DNA of 248,000 nt from Rhodosorus marinus CCMP1338 (taxonomy: Eukaryota > Plantae > Rhodophyta), in NCBI GenBank assembly GCA_029953675.1, contig JAMWBK010000008.1:1632001-1880000 (forward strand), written 5' to 3'. Numbering within the stretch: the stretch's first letter is position 1; each line of letters begins with the position of its first letter. The translations under genes were made by a program, and so were the position numbers. Shown in pieces: positions 40,401-54,780 of this stretch. The notes below the pieces were generated by a model. That model saw only the letters and a program-made list of their open reading frames with translations, searched no databases and had not been told where the DNA came from.

Positions 40401-42462
40401 AGACAGTTTCCTTTTCTTCTGTTATTTTCTATTAAGGGGTGTTCTCCTCAGTCCTGGCAACCATGGAATTCAACACTTCCCTCTGATCTGTCCAAAAGCT
40501 TCCTCGAATGCGATTACCACCCCTCTTTCATGTATCTTCCTCCAGCAGATTCATCAACATTTGCACGCTATAGCTAAATACTTCCCGCATATCCTACATT
40601 CGCCTCCCCCCCCTCCACAGGTTCAGTGAATCCATCCAATCCTTCAACCTCCACACGTGGTAGTTAAAAACTTCCCCCACACCCTATATTTGCGTCTCCT
40701 CCCCCTCCCAAATATCACTCCAGCGGTTTGATCCACCGCCTGGGGAGATAGATAAAACCGACTCTCCCATATTCCTCCAGTTTGTTGTTGCCCGAATTGA
40801 GATTCCTTCCCTCTCCCCCTCTCCCCCCACAAAGTCTGCCGCTCCTCGTCACTTACGCCCTGAACATCCCTAGATATTCTCCGTGCGGTCTTGTTGTCTT
40901 GTTGGGTGGGCAGGAGGGCGCGTTCATGCTTTGTGCGGATGAAAAGATCTCCTCAGACCCTCGGAAGCGGCAGGAACTGTTGGCTTTTGGTTTCTGACTT
41001 TGGAAGGGCGCAACCCCAACGCGCAGCGCTGGAATAACAAATTCCCTCACCTCCCCAAACCTCGTCAGCCGAAGGCTCATGCAGAAGCTGAAAAAAACTG
41101 CTCAGTACTTTTGAGCAAAAGGAGGCCAATTGTCACACACGTAGATACCTTCCTTTCAACCGATCGTCCTGTTTTCCATGTAGCAATCGCGTTTTTTGAA
41201 ATACCACCGCACTCTATCCAGCAGATTCCTCCACCCCTCGCGATGTACGTAAAATCCACACATGCGATACTCCTCAATATTCCTCCAGTTGCTTGATTTT
41301 GGACATGACTCGACCCACCCCTCCGGCTCTCCAGTCTAACGCCAGCAAGATATTCTCCTTGCGGTAGTGTTGATTGGGAACACGAAGAACGCGCTCACGC
41401 TTACAACCAATACATTTTCCTGTAAACCCGCTAAACAACGCGAGCAAGTTAACAACGCCAGCGCACCTTTGGAGCTTTTCTGTTCTCGGGTTCGAGGCCA
41501 CGCAAAACCCCGTGGCCCCTAGACTACGTAACTACAAATTACTGGAATAATTCCCCATCTCCAGACCCTATTTCTCCCTGGCAAAGCGGCCTCGTGTGCG
41601 TGCGCGTCGTATGGAAACTACATATATTTTCGCTTCGGTCAACATGCCAGTAAGCCCTCCCAACTCCAATGGTCAAGAATCCGGAGGGAAGGCGGGGGAA
41701 AGGGGAGCCACCATCCTTACACAACTGTCCTCGATCGCGCACCATCTCCAAACTCTTTCAAAATCAAACGAAAATCTTCCCTGAATTGTTTCAGAGAAGA
41801 AAAAAAGATCGCGCATTTGCTTGATGTTTGCGCCGAAAAACAGGGGATGGAGAAACCTTTCCGCTGGACTAGTTTATGAATGAAATTTAAACTTTTAGAT
41901 CAGGTTGTCCAATGAAAAGGTGTTTTTGGAGTTGACAACGAAATATTATTTATTGAAAGGGTTCCAGAAGTGGACGAGTTAAGGTTGGCTAAGAACAAGC
42001 AGTAAACAAGAGTTTTGGGAGGGGAGGGGGGTTTGGGTTGTTGGAGGAATTGTACGTAATTTGTTGACTGGGTTACCGAATCGATTCCCCTCCGAAAAGT
42101 CGTTGTTTTTTTTCTTACCTTTCTCCTTTCATGGAAGCGGAAGCGACGTTGTTTGAGGGCGATGACACGCAATCCTGAGCCTGTGTTGAAGGGAATAGGG
42201 GATTCCGGTTCGTGGAAGGGAATTGGGTGACTGGGTATTCGTTTCTTCTGGTTTCTTTAAGCTTGCGAAAATTCATTGCATGAGTGATTGAACGAAAGGA
42301 TCGTTGAGTATAAATATGGCTCCGTATCGCTGCCTGGCTAATCGCGGAGGAGTCTTTCATGCAGAGCATAGCAGCCGACTCTTAGGTGACGGCTTCTGAA
42401 GGGGACAGTGGAAGGCTAGTGTGAGAAAGGAAAGCGTGAGCTAGACGAAGGTTTTCCCCGGA

Positions 42463-45400
42463 GTGGCAATGAAGGTTTCAACCGCAGTCTGCTTGGTGCT
42501 TGTCGGACTATGCGGGTCCGCCCTGAGTGGACCTGTCGCTGCGCCGCTGAGCTCGAGACCTCAGAGCCCGCTATTACCATGCTCGGATTTTGCTGATAAT
42601 TACGAGATTGTGAAGATCGGGGAGGATAACAACAGGTGCTACGATCTGCGCGTGGATGGAACCGGCGCCAAGGTCGGAACACTGTGTGTGAAAGTCAAGG
42701 AGTTTCCCAACGGGAAAACTTGCATCCAGTTCTCATTTGCCGCCAAGCAAGGATGGGAATTCTACAAACTTGAGGCTGGCGCGGCGCAGGGATGCGCCCT
42801 TAATCTGAGGACCGACCCCTTCCTGGTTTCTGCTGAGGGTTGGTTCACGTCGAAGAAACTCTACGTGTGTCTGAACAAGTTCCAGGCGTTCCCCGGACCA
42901 AACGGAGATGGATGCTGCAACGGAACGCTTTGTCTCTACCCAGCCGTGAAGGCACGCAAGGGATCTAACTATGTCTACGTACTCCCCGAAATTGATGAGA
43001 ATGATTGCAAGCAAAAGAATGGTGACGAATTTGTTGGTTGCAGGGTTCCCTTGGTCTGCGAGACCCCAACACCCGAGCCGACTCCAACCCCCCCAATGGA
43101 ATTGCCATGCGAGGACTATGCGGATGAGTTTTCCAGTGTTGTGATTGGAAATGAAGAGAACAAGACATGCTTCCAGCTGCGCGCCAACGGAAATGCTAAT
43201 GGTGCCCGTGTCGGAACCTTGTGCCTGAGTGTGAGACCGGCTGGCGAGAAAACTTGCATCGTATTTTACTTCATCGCATTCGCCCCGTACATATTCAAGG
43301 ACGCGAAGGCAGGGTTAGCGCATGATTGTGCCGATGAAAACAAGTACCCCTTCAAGGTCGTGAAGACAGGTCCATTCAAGCTCGCGAAAATATACGTGTG
43401 CCTGAACAAGTTTAGCTCTCCGCCTGGAGTTGATAATGGAGGATGCTGCAATGAAGACATCTGTATGTTCTCGCAGGTAACTGCTCTAGACACGAGTTTG
43501 TATAATGCACAGAAGTTTAAGGCTTCTCCTAAGGACGGGGGGAAGGGTTGCGAAGAGACCGATAACGGTTTCGACACTCAATGTAATGTGCCGTTGATCT
43601 GCACTAACTCGACACCATCGCCGACACCATCGCCGACACCATCGCCGACGCCATCGCCGACGCCATCGCCGACGCCATCGCCGACGCCATCGCCGACGCC
43701 ATCGCCGACACCATCGCCGACGCCATCGCCGACGCCATCGCCGACACCATCACCGACGCCATCGCCGACGCCATCGCCGACGCCATCGCCGACGCCATCG
43801 CCGACACCATCGCCGACACCATCGCCGACGCCATCGCCGACACCATCGCCGACACCATCGCCAACGCCATCGCCAACGCCATCGCCGACACCATCGCCGA
43901 CACCATCGCCGACACCATCGCCGACACCATCGCCGACGCCATCGCCGACGCCATCGCCGACACCATCGCCGACGCCATCGCCAACGCCATCGCCGACGCC
44001 ATCGCCGACACCATCACCGACAGCACCACCAACCCCACCATGTGATGCGACCGATGTGGATTACTGCTTTTCGTTTGACTTCTCAAGCTCAATCTGGGAT
44101 CCGGTCAACGGTCTGAACGGAGGAGGAAGTACTGAGAAGTTAGAGTCGCAGAGGGAGCTGGTGTTGGGAGTCATGGACAGACTCGACACGCAGGACGTAA
44201 ATGGCCTTAACCGGTACGGATTTGTGATATTCGGAGGAAGTTCAGGAGGAAGTAACGAGAACAACGATACAATCGCAGATCTGTCCGAGAAGGTTGTGGA
44301 TCCTTTAACAGATTATGATACTGTTAAATCGGCGGTCGAGGCGTTGCAATCTCCTCCGTTGGTGCCTGAGAATCAGATCCCGGCCCAGAACACGAACATT
44401 GAGAAGGGTCTACGTTTCTGCGAGGAGATTCTGAACAGCAACGGCAATCAAAGAACGAGGGTTCTGATTCTGACGAGTGATGGAAGAGCGACGAGAGGCA
44501 ACGGTGCCGGTGATACCGACACTAACCCTGCTAATAATGACCTGGTTGCACAGGCGGTGGCAATCCAGAACAGTGGAATCATCATCGTAACTGCTGGGAC
44601 AACTGAAACGATTGACGCTCCATACTTGCCAGTATTTGATGCTCTGGCATCTTCTGGAGAAGCGATCGTGACGGAAAAACAAGAAGATTTCGATTTGTTA
44701 ATTGAGGATATTGTTGAGGCCATCTGCGGTGAACTGGAAACGCCGACACCATCGCCGACACCATCGCCGACACCATCGCCGACGCCATCGCCGACACCGT
44801 CACCGACACCGTCGCCGACACCGTCGCCGACACCGTCGCCGACACCGTCGCCGACGCCGTCACCGACACCGTCACCGACACCGTCACCGACGCCGTCACC
44901 GTCACCGACACCGTCACCGACACCGTCACCGACGCCGTCACCGACACCGTCACCGACGCCATCGCCGACGCCGTCACCGACGCCGTCACCGACGCCGTCA
45001 CCGACGCCGTCACCGACACCGTCACCGACACCGTCACCGACACCGTCACCGACACCGTCACCGACACCGTCACCGACACCATCGCCGACGCCATCGCCGA
45101 CACCGTCACCGACACCGTCACCGACACCATCGCCGACGGCACCACCAACCCCACCGTGTGATGCGACCGATGTGGATTACTGCTTTTCGTTTGACTTCTC
45201 AAGCTCAATCTGGGATCCGGTCAACGGTCTGAACGGAGGAGGAAGTACTGAGAAGTTAGAGTCGCAGAGGGAGCTGGTGTTGGGAGTCATGGACAGACTC
45301 GACACGCAGGACGTAAATGGCCTTAACCGGTACGGATTTGTGATATTCGGAGGAAGTTCAGGAGGAAGTAACGAGAACAACGATACAATCGCAGATCTGT

Positions 45401-47436
45401 CCGAGAAGGTTGTGGATCCTTTAACAGATTATGATACTGTTAAATCGGCGGTCGAGGCGTTGCAATCTCCTCCGTTGGTGCCTGAGAATCAGATCCCGGC
45501 CCAGAACACGAACATTGAGAAGGGTCTACGTTTCTGCGAGGAGATTCTGAACAGCAACGGCAATCAAAGAACGAGGGTTCTGATTCTGACGAGTGATGGA
45601 AGAGCGACGAGAGGCAACGGTGCCGGTGACACCGACACTAACCCTGCTAATAATGACCTGGTTGCACAGGCGGTGGCAATCCAGAACAGTGGAATCATCA
45701 TCGTAACTGCTGGGACAACTGAAACGATTGACGCTCCATACTTGCCAGTATTTGATGCTCTGGCATCTTCTGGAGAAGCGATCGTGACGGAAAAACAAGA
45801 AGATTTCGACTTGTTGGTTGAGGATATTGTTGAGGCCATCTGCGGTGAACTGGAAACGCCGACACCATCGCCGACACCATCGCCGACACCATCGCCGACA
45901 CCATCGCCGACACCATCGCCGACATCGTCACCGACACCGTCACCGACACCGTCGCCGACGGCACCGCCAACCCCACCGTGTGATGCGACCGATGTGGATT
46001 ACTGCTTTTCGTTTGACTTCTCAAGCTCAATCTGGGATCCGGTCAACGGTCTGAACGGAGGAGGAAGTACTGAGAAGTTAGAGTCGCAGAGGGAGCTGGT
46101 GTTGGGAGTCATGGACAGACTCGACACGCAGGACGTAAATGGCCTTAACCGGTACGGATTTGTGATATTCGGAGGAAGTTCAGGAGGAAGTAACGAGAAC
46201 AACGATACAATCGCAGATCTGTCCGAGAAGGTTGTGGATCCTTTAACAGATTATGATACTGTTAAATCGGCGGTCGAGGCGTTGCAATCTCCTCCGTTGG
46301 TGCCTGAGAATCAGATCCCGGCCCAGAACACGAACATTGAGAAGGGTCTACGTTTCTGCGAGGAGATTCTGAACAGCAACGGCAATCAAAGAACGAGGGT
46401 TCTGATTCTGACGAGTGATGGAAGAGCGACGAGAGGCAACGGTGCCGGTGACACCGACACTAACCCTGCTAATAATGACCTGGTCGCACAGGCGGTGGCA
46501 ATCCAGAACAGTGGAATCATCATCGTAACTGCTGGGACAACTGAAACGATTGACGCTCCATACTTGCCAGTATTTGATGCTCTGGCATCTTCTGGAGAAG
46601 CGATCGTGACGGAAAAACAAGAAGATTTCGACTTGTTGATTGAGGATATTGTTGAGGCCATCTGCGGTGAACTGGAAACGCCGACACCATCGCCGACGCC
46701 ATCGCCGACGGCACCACCAACCCCACCGTGTGATGCGACCGATGTGGATTACTGCTTTTCGTTTGACTTCTCAAGCTCAATCTGGGATCCAGTCAACGGT
46801 CTGAACGGAGGAGGAAGTACTGAGAAGTTAGAGTCGCAGAGGGAGCTGGTGTTGGGAGTCATGGACAGACTCGACACGCAGGACGTAAATGGCCTTAACC
46901 GGTACGGATTTGTGATATTCGGAGGAAGTTCAGGAGGAAGTAACGAGAACAACGATACAATCGCAGATCTGTCCGAGAAGGTTGTGGATCCTTTAACAGA
47001 TTATGATACTGTTAAATCGGCGGTCGAGGCGTTGCAATCTCCTCCGTTGGTGCCTGAGAATCAGATCCCGGCCCAGAACACGAACATTGAGAAGGGTCTA
47101 CGTTTCTGCGAGGAGATTCTGAACAGCAACGGCAATCAAAGAACGAGGGTTCTGATTCTGACGAGTGATGGAAGAGCGACGAGAGGCAACGGTGCCGGTG
47201 ACACCGACACTAACCCTGCTAATAATGACCTGGTTGCACAGGCGGTGGCAATCCAGAACAGTGGAATCATCATCGTAACTGCTGGGACAACTGAAACGAT
47301 TGACGCTCCATACTTGCCAGTATTTGATGCTCTGGCATCTTCTGGAGAAGCGATCGTGACGGAAAAACAAGAAGATTTCGACTTGTTGATTGAGGATATC
47401 GTCGAGGCCGTCTGCGGTGAACTGGAGGAACACTAA
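42463..47436 (+). CDS. Secreted 1657-aa protein: two Cys-rich modules, Pro/Thr/Ser linkers and four near-identical VWA domains
   Basis: Signal peptide; MIDAS DFSSS/TSDG in each repeat; single open frame; TATAAAT at ~42309. Confidence 0.9.
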   Translation: MAMKVSTAVCLVLVGLCGSALSGPVAAPLSSRPQSPLLPCSDFADNYEIVKIGEDNNRCYDLRVDGTGAKVGTLCVKVKEFPNGKTCIQFSFAAKQGWEFYKLEAGAAQGCALNLRTDPFLVSAEGWFTSKKLYVCLNKFQAFPGPNGDGCCNGTLCLYPAVKARKGSNYVYVLPEIDENDCKQKNGDEFVGCRVPLVCETPTPEPTPTPPMELPCEDYADEFSSVVIGNEENKTCFQLRANGNANGARVGTLCLSVRPAGEKTCIVFYFIAFAPYIFKDAKAGLAHDCADENKYPFKVVKTGPFKLAKIYVCLNKFSSPPGVDNGGCCNEDICMFSQVTALDTSLYNAQKFKASPKDGGKGCEETDNGFDTQCNVPLICTNSTPSPTPSPTPSPTPSPTPSPTPSPTPSPTPSPTPSPTPSPTPSPTPSPTPSPTPSPTPSPTPSPTPSPTPSPTPSPTPSPTPSPTPSPTPSPTPSPTPSPTPSPTPSPTPSPTPSPTPSPTPSPTPSPTPSPTPSPTAPPTPPCDATDVDYCFSFDFSSSIWDPVNGLNGGGSTEKLESQRELVLGVMDRLDTQDVNGLNRYGFVIFGGSSGGSNENNDTIADLSEKVVDPLTDYDTVKSAVEALQSPPLVPENQIPAQNTNIEKGLRFCEEILNSNGNQRTRVLILTSDGRATRGNGAGDTDTNPANNDLVAQAVAIQNSGIIIVTAGTTETIDAPYLPVFDALASSGEAIVTEKQEDFDLLIEDIVEAICGELETPTPSPTPSPTPSPTPSPTPSPTPSPTPSPTPSPTPSPTPSPTPSPTPSPTPSPSPTPSPTPSPTPSPTPSPTPSPTPSPTPSPTPSPTPSPTPSPTPSPTPSPTPSPTPSPTPSPTPSPTPSPTPSPTPSPTAPPTPPCDATDVDYCFSFDFSSSIWDPVNGLNGGGSTEKLESQRELVLGVMDRLDTQDVNGLNRYGFVIFGGSSGGSNENNDTIADLSEKVVDPLTDYDTVKSAVEALQSPPLVPENQIPAQNTNIEKGLRFCEEILNSNGNQRTRVLILTSDGRATRGNGAGDTDTNPANNDLVAQAVAIQNSGIIIVTAGTTETIDAPYLPVFDALASSGEAIVTEKQEDFDLLVEDIVEAICGELETPTPSPTPSPTPSPTPSPTPSPTSSPTPSPTPSPTAPPTPPCDATDVDYCFSFDFSSSIWDPVNGLNGGGSTEKLESQRELVLGVMDRLDTQDVNGLNRYGFVIFGGSSGGSNENNDTIADLSEKVVDPLTDYDTVKSAVEALQSPPLVPENQIPAQNTNIEKGLRFCEEILNSNGNQRTRVLILTSDGRATRGNGAGDTDTNPANNDLVAQAVAIQNSGIIIVTAGTTETIDAPYLPVFDALASSGEAIVTEKQEDFDLLIEDIVEAICGELETPTPSPTPSPTAPPTPPCDATDVDYCFSFDFSSSIWDPVNGLNGGGSTEKLESQRELVLGVMDRLDTQDVNGLNRYGFVIFGGSSGGSNENNDTIADLSEKVVDPLTDYDTVKSAVEALQSPPLVPENQIPAQNTNIEKGLRFCEEILNSNGNQRTRVLILTSDGRATRGNGAGDTDTNPANNDLVAQAVAIQNSGIIIVTAGTTETIDAPYLPVFDALASSGEAIVTEKQEDFDLLIEDIVEAVCGELEEH

Positions 47437-47899
47437 ATACTAAAACTTTGAAGTAAAATAATTGGAAGTCATTGATTATTTACTAGATTGATAGCGTTGA
47501 ATTAAAATCCGTTATTCGGCTTCATGAGAATTGAAGATGCTCCAAGTAGCACAAACCAACAATTCACTTCGTAAAGTTCCAACGATGATAGATAAACACC
47601 TTGTAGAGCTAAGGGCGCCTTGCAACCGGCCGTATGTAGGCTTCGAAGCGTGAGCAACATTCTGCACATGAGAACCTAGTGTTTCAAGTTTGGCCATCTG
47701 ACTTCTCTGGGGTCGCAATGACCAGAGGAACAAGGCGATGAGTTTTTAGAGCCTAAGCACAAATGCCCACCTACGTATTTCAACTCGTTGCGACGTCTCC
47801 TACTGGCAACGGACCCCCCCCCGTGTTGGAACTGGAAGTTCTTACAGAACTGTAGAGACCCGTGGAGGCGCATACACTGTTACCGTTTACTCGATCTAA

Positions 47900-48620
47900 G
47901 TCCATTGACTTAGATCGTTTGTCGAGTAATACGGTTGCTTCTCCTTCATTCGATTGAGGAAAACGTTCACATCTATCCAGCGCGAAAAAAACCCATGTTT
48001 TTTTCATACTATTTTCTGGTGATCTCGTCTTCGTCCCATTGATCGTCCTGTTGACTATGTTGCTATTTCTTCCATGGTTCCGTCTCCTTTCCAACATTAA
48101 AGCAGCGTTCAGACGCCACAGCAAGAAACTTAAACGGGTAAACAACGAGGACAGACGGTCAGGACGTTCACGGACCAATTCCCGAAGCCAACGAGAACCA
48201 ACGGAATCCATAAACCCAAAGCTCTCAATCACCAGAGGTACCAGGCGATGAGCTAGAGCCGAAGCACGAATGCCTGCTGAAGACAAGGCACCTGCATATT
48301 TCAACTCTTTGCGACGTCTCATACTGGCAGCGGCAAATCCACGGCGCTCTCCCGCAGCCAGCAAATAGCGACTAGCCTGAGGGTCAGGAACGGCAAGATT
48401 AACGTACGTCGTATGGCGGCTAAGCACGACTACCTGCTGAAGACAAGGCACCTGCACATTTCAACTCTTTGCGACGTCTCATACTGGCAGCGGCAAATCC
48501 ACGGCGCTCTCCCGCAGCCAGCAAATAGCGACTAGCCTGAGGGTCAGGAACGGCAAGATCAACGTACGTCGTATGGCGGCTATCGTCACAGGTGACCACG
48601 AGGTAATTTGATGCACTTGA
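47900..48620 (-). mobile_element. CRE-like family B fragments with an internal duplication
   Basis: YVNLAVPDPQASRYLLAAGERRG...LVIESFGFMDSVGSRW. Confidence 0.8.
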
Positions 48621-49505
48621 GAACAACACGTATTTTGAATAAAACGTAATTCCGATCAACCACAAACACTGCCGATACTTTCTCACCTGAGCTTTTGCTT
48701 TTGGTTAGAGGCTGTGGACGGAGGGGAAAGGTCCTACTGCTGACACGTTTGTGCTCTCCGTATCGATAACATCATTCCCAAAGATGGGGAGGGGGAGGTG
48801 AGTTGGGTCGATAAAGAATTGGATCGCTACACACAGGGCAGAAGTTTCGATGGACTTATCTGACGACCAAATGGAGGGAGAAATATCTTGTTTTTGGCGT
48901 TCGTGTAGTAAAGAAATTTTGCGTAAGATTTGGTAGCGCGAGGAGAGGGCGTAAACCTGTTGAGTTGAAGATGTTTCGAAACAAACGTGTCTTAATCTTT
49001 TTGAAGAAGAGAGTTATCAAAAAGGCAGACAGTTTTTTTATGCTATTTCTGTTTCCACTTTCAAGGTGCAGACTTCAATGCGGGTTGTAGATAAGTTCGA
49101 AAATCCCACGGAGTAGTGCTCAGTGGCGACTCCAAAGAGGCAAGTGCTCGAGCATAGGACCCCCAATATTGAAAGGGAGCGGCATTCCTTCAACGGCGAC
49201 CGCTAGGTTTTATGTCCTGTGGACCTCCAAATTTGAAAGGGAGGGCATTCTTTCAAGGCGCCTTTAGCTCTAAGGTGTGTAACTCTCATCGAAGAATAGT
49301 TGTGGGTTTTTGCCTCGCTACTAGGAGCATCTTCAATTCTCATGAAGCCAATTTACTGATTTTAATTCATTGGCTATCAATCCAGTAAGCAATAAATCAC
49401 TTCCAATTATTGTACTTCGAGATTTAGGTTTAGTTTCTAGTTCACTGCAGGCGATACCCTCAATCACCAATTCGAAATCTTCGCATTTTTCCGTCCCGCA
49501 TTCTC

Positions 49506-50420
49506 TTATGGTATCGGCGTCGGCGTCGGTGTTTCCAAACCATCGCAGAGGTCCTCGATGATTTCCTCAATCAGCAATTCGAAGTCTTCTTGTTTTTCGG
49601 TCACAATCGTTTTTCCATTCGATGACAGGGCATCGAACACTGACAAGTATGCATCGTCAATCGTTTCAGTTGTCGCCGCTGTTACGATGATGATTCCACT
49701 CTCCTGAATTGCTAAAGCCTGTGCCACAAGCGCATTATCATTCGGACTGGTGCTGGTATTGTTGCGACCTTTGCCTCTGGTCGCCCGCCCATCGCTCGTC
49801 AGAATCAGGACCTTGGATCTTGTGTTATTGTTCTCGTTGAGAATTTCCTCGCAGAACCGCAGACCCTTCTCAATATTCGTGTTCTGCACCACGATGTCGT
49901 TCTCAGGTACTAACGCTGGAGACTGCAATGTTAAGACCGCCTCAACAACGACATTTGAACTCGTCAACGGATCAACAACCTTCGTTGACAAATCCGGGCG
50001 TGTATCGTTAAGCTCACTGGTTCCTCCCGAACTTCCTCCGAATATCACAAACCCGTACCGGTTGAGGCCCTGGACGTCCTGTACGGCGAGTCTCTCTATG
50101 ACCCCTACCACCAGCTCCTTCTGCGAATCAAACTTCTCCGTGCTTCCTCCACCGTTCAAACCGTTGATCGGGTCCCAGATCGAGCTTGAATAATCGAACG
50201 AAAAACAGTAATCCACGTCCCTTGCGTCGCACGGTGGGGTTGGCGGCAAAGTCGGCGTCGACGTTGGCGTCGATGTTGGCGTCGACGTTGGCGTCGATGT
50301 TGGCGTCGATGTTGGCGTCGATGTTGGCGTCGATGTTGCCGTCGATGTTGCCGTCGGTGTTGCCGTCGGGTTCGTGCAGATTAAGGGCACATTGCATTTA
50401 GTTTTTATTTCCTTCGACAA
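49506..50420 (-). pseudogene. 5'-truncated inverted VWA paralog (tail of the Cys module + PT + VWA)
   Basis: [10 protein letters not shown]...DYSSS...TSDG; no signal peptide. Confidence 0.7.
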
Positions 50421-51079
50421 AACAAAATAAATTCCTTCGGCACGTGCTCAGGATTGCCTGTCATCCCCCTAAAACAACATCGGTTCCGCTCCATGAAAGG
50501 AGAAAGGTAAAGAAAAAAGCGAGAATTCGGAGAGGTCCCGATCTTCAACGGCACACTCCATTCACTTCCAGCAACCCACCCTCCCAGCCCCTACCACCAC
50601 CGCATCTATCCCCAGCCCCCCCTCCCCTGTCAGCTGTCAGGCCAAAATCTTGTTTAGTGCTTGTTTTTGAGGGTCTTTCTCGTCCATTTCTGGAACCCTC
50701 TCAACAATTAATATTCGATGACAACTCCAAACACATTTTCTCATTGGACGAAAGAATCTAAATCTTACATTTAAACTAGACCCAAGGAGAACTCTCAACC
50801 CCATCCCCTGCTTCTGCGGACAAACTTCCCGCAACTCCAAAGATAAATCATCTCTTTTTCTTCTCTGAAGCAATTCAGAGAAGGTTTTGGTTTTGGGACG
50901 GCTTCCAAGCTGGAGACGTTGACGATAGGTCGGCAGTGGTAGGGATGATGGCTACATCCACAGCACCCCTCCATGCCCACCGCACCGGATTCTTACCCAT
51001 TGGAGTTAGCCGGGCTTAAGCGCATGTTGACCAGATCGAAAATCCGAGGGGGAGGTAGCTTCCATACGAGGCCGATGCA

Positions 51080-51560
51080 AGTGGTGGTTTTACTGTTTTT
51101 TATTAGCATAGCCTAATGCGCTATGCAAGGCGCGAAAAGGAACTAAGAACTAGGTAGGGAAGCGTGCAAACCCAGGTGCCGATGGCGCGCCTCGGCAAGC
51201 ATGCTGCTAGAATATCGCCACAGAGAGACACTTTAACGGCGTAAGAGTTCCAAGTATTCGGTAGGATGTCAGCGAAACATTTCCGCAACCACTCCAAACC
51301 CGACTTCTCCACGTGACCAAAGCTTTCCACAATGAAAGGCTGGAACCGGTGCCAGCGACCCTCTGCGCAAGGCAGACTGGCCATACTCTCAGCATACCGT
51401 CGTTCCTTCACTCGACGAAGGGCCGATGCGACTGCCTCCCGGCGGCGTGCGGGCAGTGGTTTTACTAGGATAGCCTGATGCGCTACGCAAGATGTAGGAG
51501 GCTTGGGGGAAAACAGGGTCCGAAGATGGGTAGTAGTTCCAGTATTTTGGAGTTTCTTAG
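51080..51560 (-). mobile_element. Nested CRE-like family A 3' ends
   Basis: GTGGTGGTTTTACT tail at ~51080; second tail at ~51466 inserted into element sequence. Confidence 0.8.
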
Positions 51561-52289
51561 TCCGGGGCATGTTGTCTTGAGCGCCCTTGAAACCCCAAAA
51601 AAGAAAAGCCGCAAAATTGCTCGCTTTGTTTAAGGTGGTTAGAGGAAACAGTTAATTTGTACAGTAAACGCGAACGCGCCCTTCGTGTTCCCAATCAACA
51701 CGACCGCAAGGAATAATATCCTGACGTTAGACTCGAGAGCGGGCGGTGGTCGGTCGTGTGATGGCCAAAATGGAATAACTGGAGGAATCTGGAGGAGCCC
51801 CTTGTGATCCGCTGGATCGAGTTGGATATTATCTCAAACAAGGCAATTGCTGTCGGTTGAAAGGAAGGTGTGCATACTTTTACCAATTGACCTCCTTTTG
51901 CCCAAAATACGGGACGGGTTTCTTCAGCTTTTGCATGAGCGTTCGGCTGACGTGGTTCCAACAGATTATGAGTCCAGCTCACTGTCTGGGAGCTGCGTGA
52001 ACTAAGAAGATGAGGATGAACTGAATTTTAGAGAATTTTAATGGTTTGGGAAGGTCCTTGGCAAAGGAACTCATCTAGCAATGCTTGTACTGAAGCGAAG
52101 AACCGGATGTGCAGGTTTCGTGGAGCATGATCATGATAGCTAACCGGACGCAGAGAGTCTACGAACTCAGGCGAAGCAAGACTTCAAAGACTCATGGAGG
52201 AAGAAGACAAAGACTGTGCTAGGCAGAGAACCAAAAACCAGCCCAACCCAGCACCATACACCCACACAAACCAAAACTCCGGAGCTGTT

Positions 52290-52670
52290 CCTAAGGCTAG
52301 TCGTTATTTGCTGGCTGCGGGAGAGCGCCGTGGATTTGCCCCTGCCAGTATGAGACGTCGAAAAGAGTTGAAATATGCGGGGCCTTTGTCTTCCGCAGGC
52401 ATTCGTGCTTCGGCTCTAGCTCATCGCCTGGTACCTCTGGTCATTGAGTGATTTAGGTTTCTAGATTCCGTTGGTTCCCGTTTGCTCCTAGAGTTGTTCC
52501 GTGAACACCCTGACCGTCTCTGCTCGTCGTTTACCCGTTTAAGTTTAGCCTGTGGCGTACGAACCCTGCTCTGATGTTGGAGGCGCGCGGTCTTCGCCGC
52601 GCGTAGCCTTTCTTTCCCCTCGGGGTTGGTTTCTTTCGCTCTCCGATTAAGCAAAAATTCATTCATTTAA
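52290..52670 (+). mobile_element. CRE-like family B, 3' fragment
   Basis: SRYLLAAGERRG...LVPLVIE; (ATTC)n tail. Confidence 0.75.
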
Positions 52671-53364
52671 AACATGTTAGATGTGAAGAGTATCGAATAT
52701 AGAAAAATCATGAAATTTAGAGCGACAGGCTGTCACGATCATAAATGATCACTATTCAACACCGAAAGGATCTATCCATCCACTCCAACGGGATTGCTAG
52801 CGCCAATCACGCGTACCGAAATTATTCTTTCATCCAATCGACGGTGGCCACCATTATCCCTGCATATAGATGAATCATAAAAAAAAATTAAGTTGGACAG
52901 TCTGTACAACTCGGAAATGATCAGTATTCAATATCAGACCAAGAAAACCCCAAATAGCACTTTCGGAGAATCTCGTTTTTGGGACGTTTGATACTGTGAC
53001 TGCCTCCAAGTGAGCTCTCTCTCTCTCTCTCTCTCTCACGACTGCATGCATCTCTTTGAGTTTTACTCATCTGGCACGGTAACGCTGTCGTTCGGGGGAC
53101 GGGGTTGAGACTAAAACGGATCTGATCTCTTTCCCAAGCTAGAAAAGCTGGCGTGCTCTAATCCTTTTTGGGACGTATTTCACGTTGCGGCCACGAGCGG
53201 TGTGGACGTGAAGGGAGTGGGGGGGAGAGAGAAAAGAAGAACAGTGAGTCTAGAGGGGAAAATCCAACCTGGAAAGGAAGAACATGGAGGAATCCAGAAT
53301 AGGCCGGTTAGAAGGCGTAGATTTTTAAGGTCTTATCTGGAGGGGAAGACGCACGGGTTGGTCT

Positions 53365-54780
53365 GTGGTACTTGAACTTGACGTCTTGAGAGTGAAAAAC
53401 ATGATGGTTCGGAAGGGTGGGACTCGCCTGGATAAGGTTCTTCGCCAAAAGTATCCCTACTGGGTGATGGTGATCGGTTTTTTTATGGGATTTGTCTCAA
53501 GTTGGGCGCTGATTCTCGGTTTGAAGCGAGGTGGGACATCGCCCGTCTATTCCTTCTCGCCCTCGTCCTCCGCTAGGGTGGGAAATTTCTCTGCAACTGG
53601 GTTTGCCAACGCCGTTGACAAAGTTTATGTGATCAATAGGGATGTGTAAGTGGCTTCCTTCTAGTTCTCACGCGGCTGGTTCATTCCCTCGAGCTTACCA
53701 TTCTTTTGGGGGGACGTTTTTTTGGGGGGGTGGGGGCCCAGATGCACGGATCGCTGGGAGACATCGAAGAGATTCGCAGAAGCGATTGGCGTGGAGCTGA
53801 CTCGATTCAAGGCCTACGAACCGACGAGCGAGGAGCTTCTCAACCCGCCGGACGGGATCTCCGTCCGCGGACTGAAACACGATTTCCTCACGACGGGGAT
53901 GCTGGGAGTGTACATATCCCACCGCCGGATTTGGAGGCTGGTCGTCGAGAACAACTTCGAAAAAGTTATGGTGCTCGAAGATGACGTCTTTCCAACCAAC
54001 CAGACCTGGCTACACCTGCCAGGATTGCTCCAACATGCTGACGAAGCACAAGAGGTAAAACTTTCATATTGCTCCGAGGTTTCCCCACATACCAGGCGAT
54101 TGTAGCCTCTTATCAGACACTATCTTCTCAACAAGCGCCTCTCTGCTGTTCATTCAACCTTTTAGTTCCACAAGAAGTCCTGGCACTATATGTTCCTACG
54201 TCGAAATGCTTTGGGCAACGTGAAGAAGGAGAAGACTTGGAGCCTGAGCCCACTCGGCCACCCTGTCACCATCGCTACACCGAGCTGGGGTACGGCGGCG
54301 TACATCATCAGTCTTGCGGGCGCACGCTATCTGTGGAGCGCGAGTAAGGAAGGCCAGTACCCTCTGGACGTCCAGATTGCTGACATCCAGAAGAGAAATG
54401 AGGACGATTTTGTCACTCTCAGCGCATGCTGGAACGACCAGTTCCAACCCAGATGTCCAGAGACCGTCTTCAAGTTTGAGAAAGAGGATCAAGGAGATTG
54501 TAAAAGAAGTGGTAATGATCAACGTTGACAAGGCTGAACGGGAGGATGGAAACGGCCTCCGTCGTGGATCAGTTGAACTGATTATGGACGAGGACGATTT
54601 CATCCTTTGAGGATCGAGCCGCGAGAAACAGAGGCTCTTTTCAACCCCCGGAGGACGATCTCCTAGTAGGATTTCACTGACTTTGTTGGTTTTCGTTGCT
54701 TCTTGTTCAGGTACTCAGGCGGGTTCGAGGATAACGAGAGCGACTTTGAAGGAGAAGCTTAGAGAATTGGATGCCAAGTT
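53365..54780 (+). CDS. Glycosyltransferase family 25, type II membrane, spliced
   Basis: N-terminal TM; KVYVINRD, GVYISHRRIW, VLEDD motifs; short GT-AG introns. Confidence 0.75.

Noticed and set aside
18432-46054. Long (MVSA)n, (DTIA)n and (RHHR)n ORFs
   Set aside because: These are alternative-frame or antisense translations of the 12-bp (SPTP)n linker repeats.
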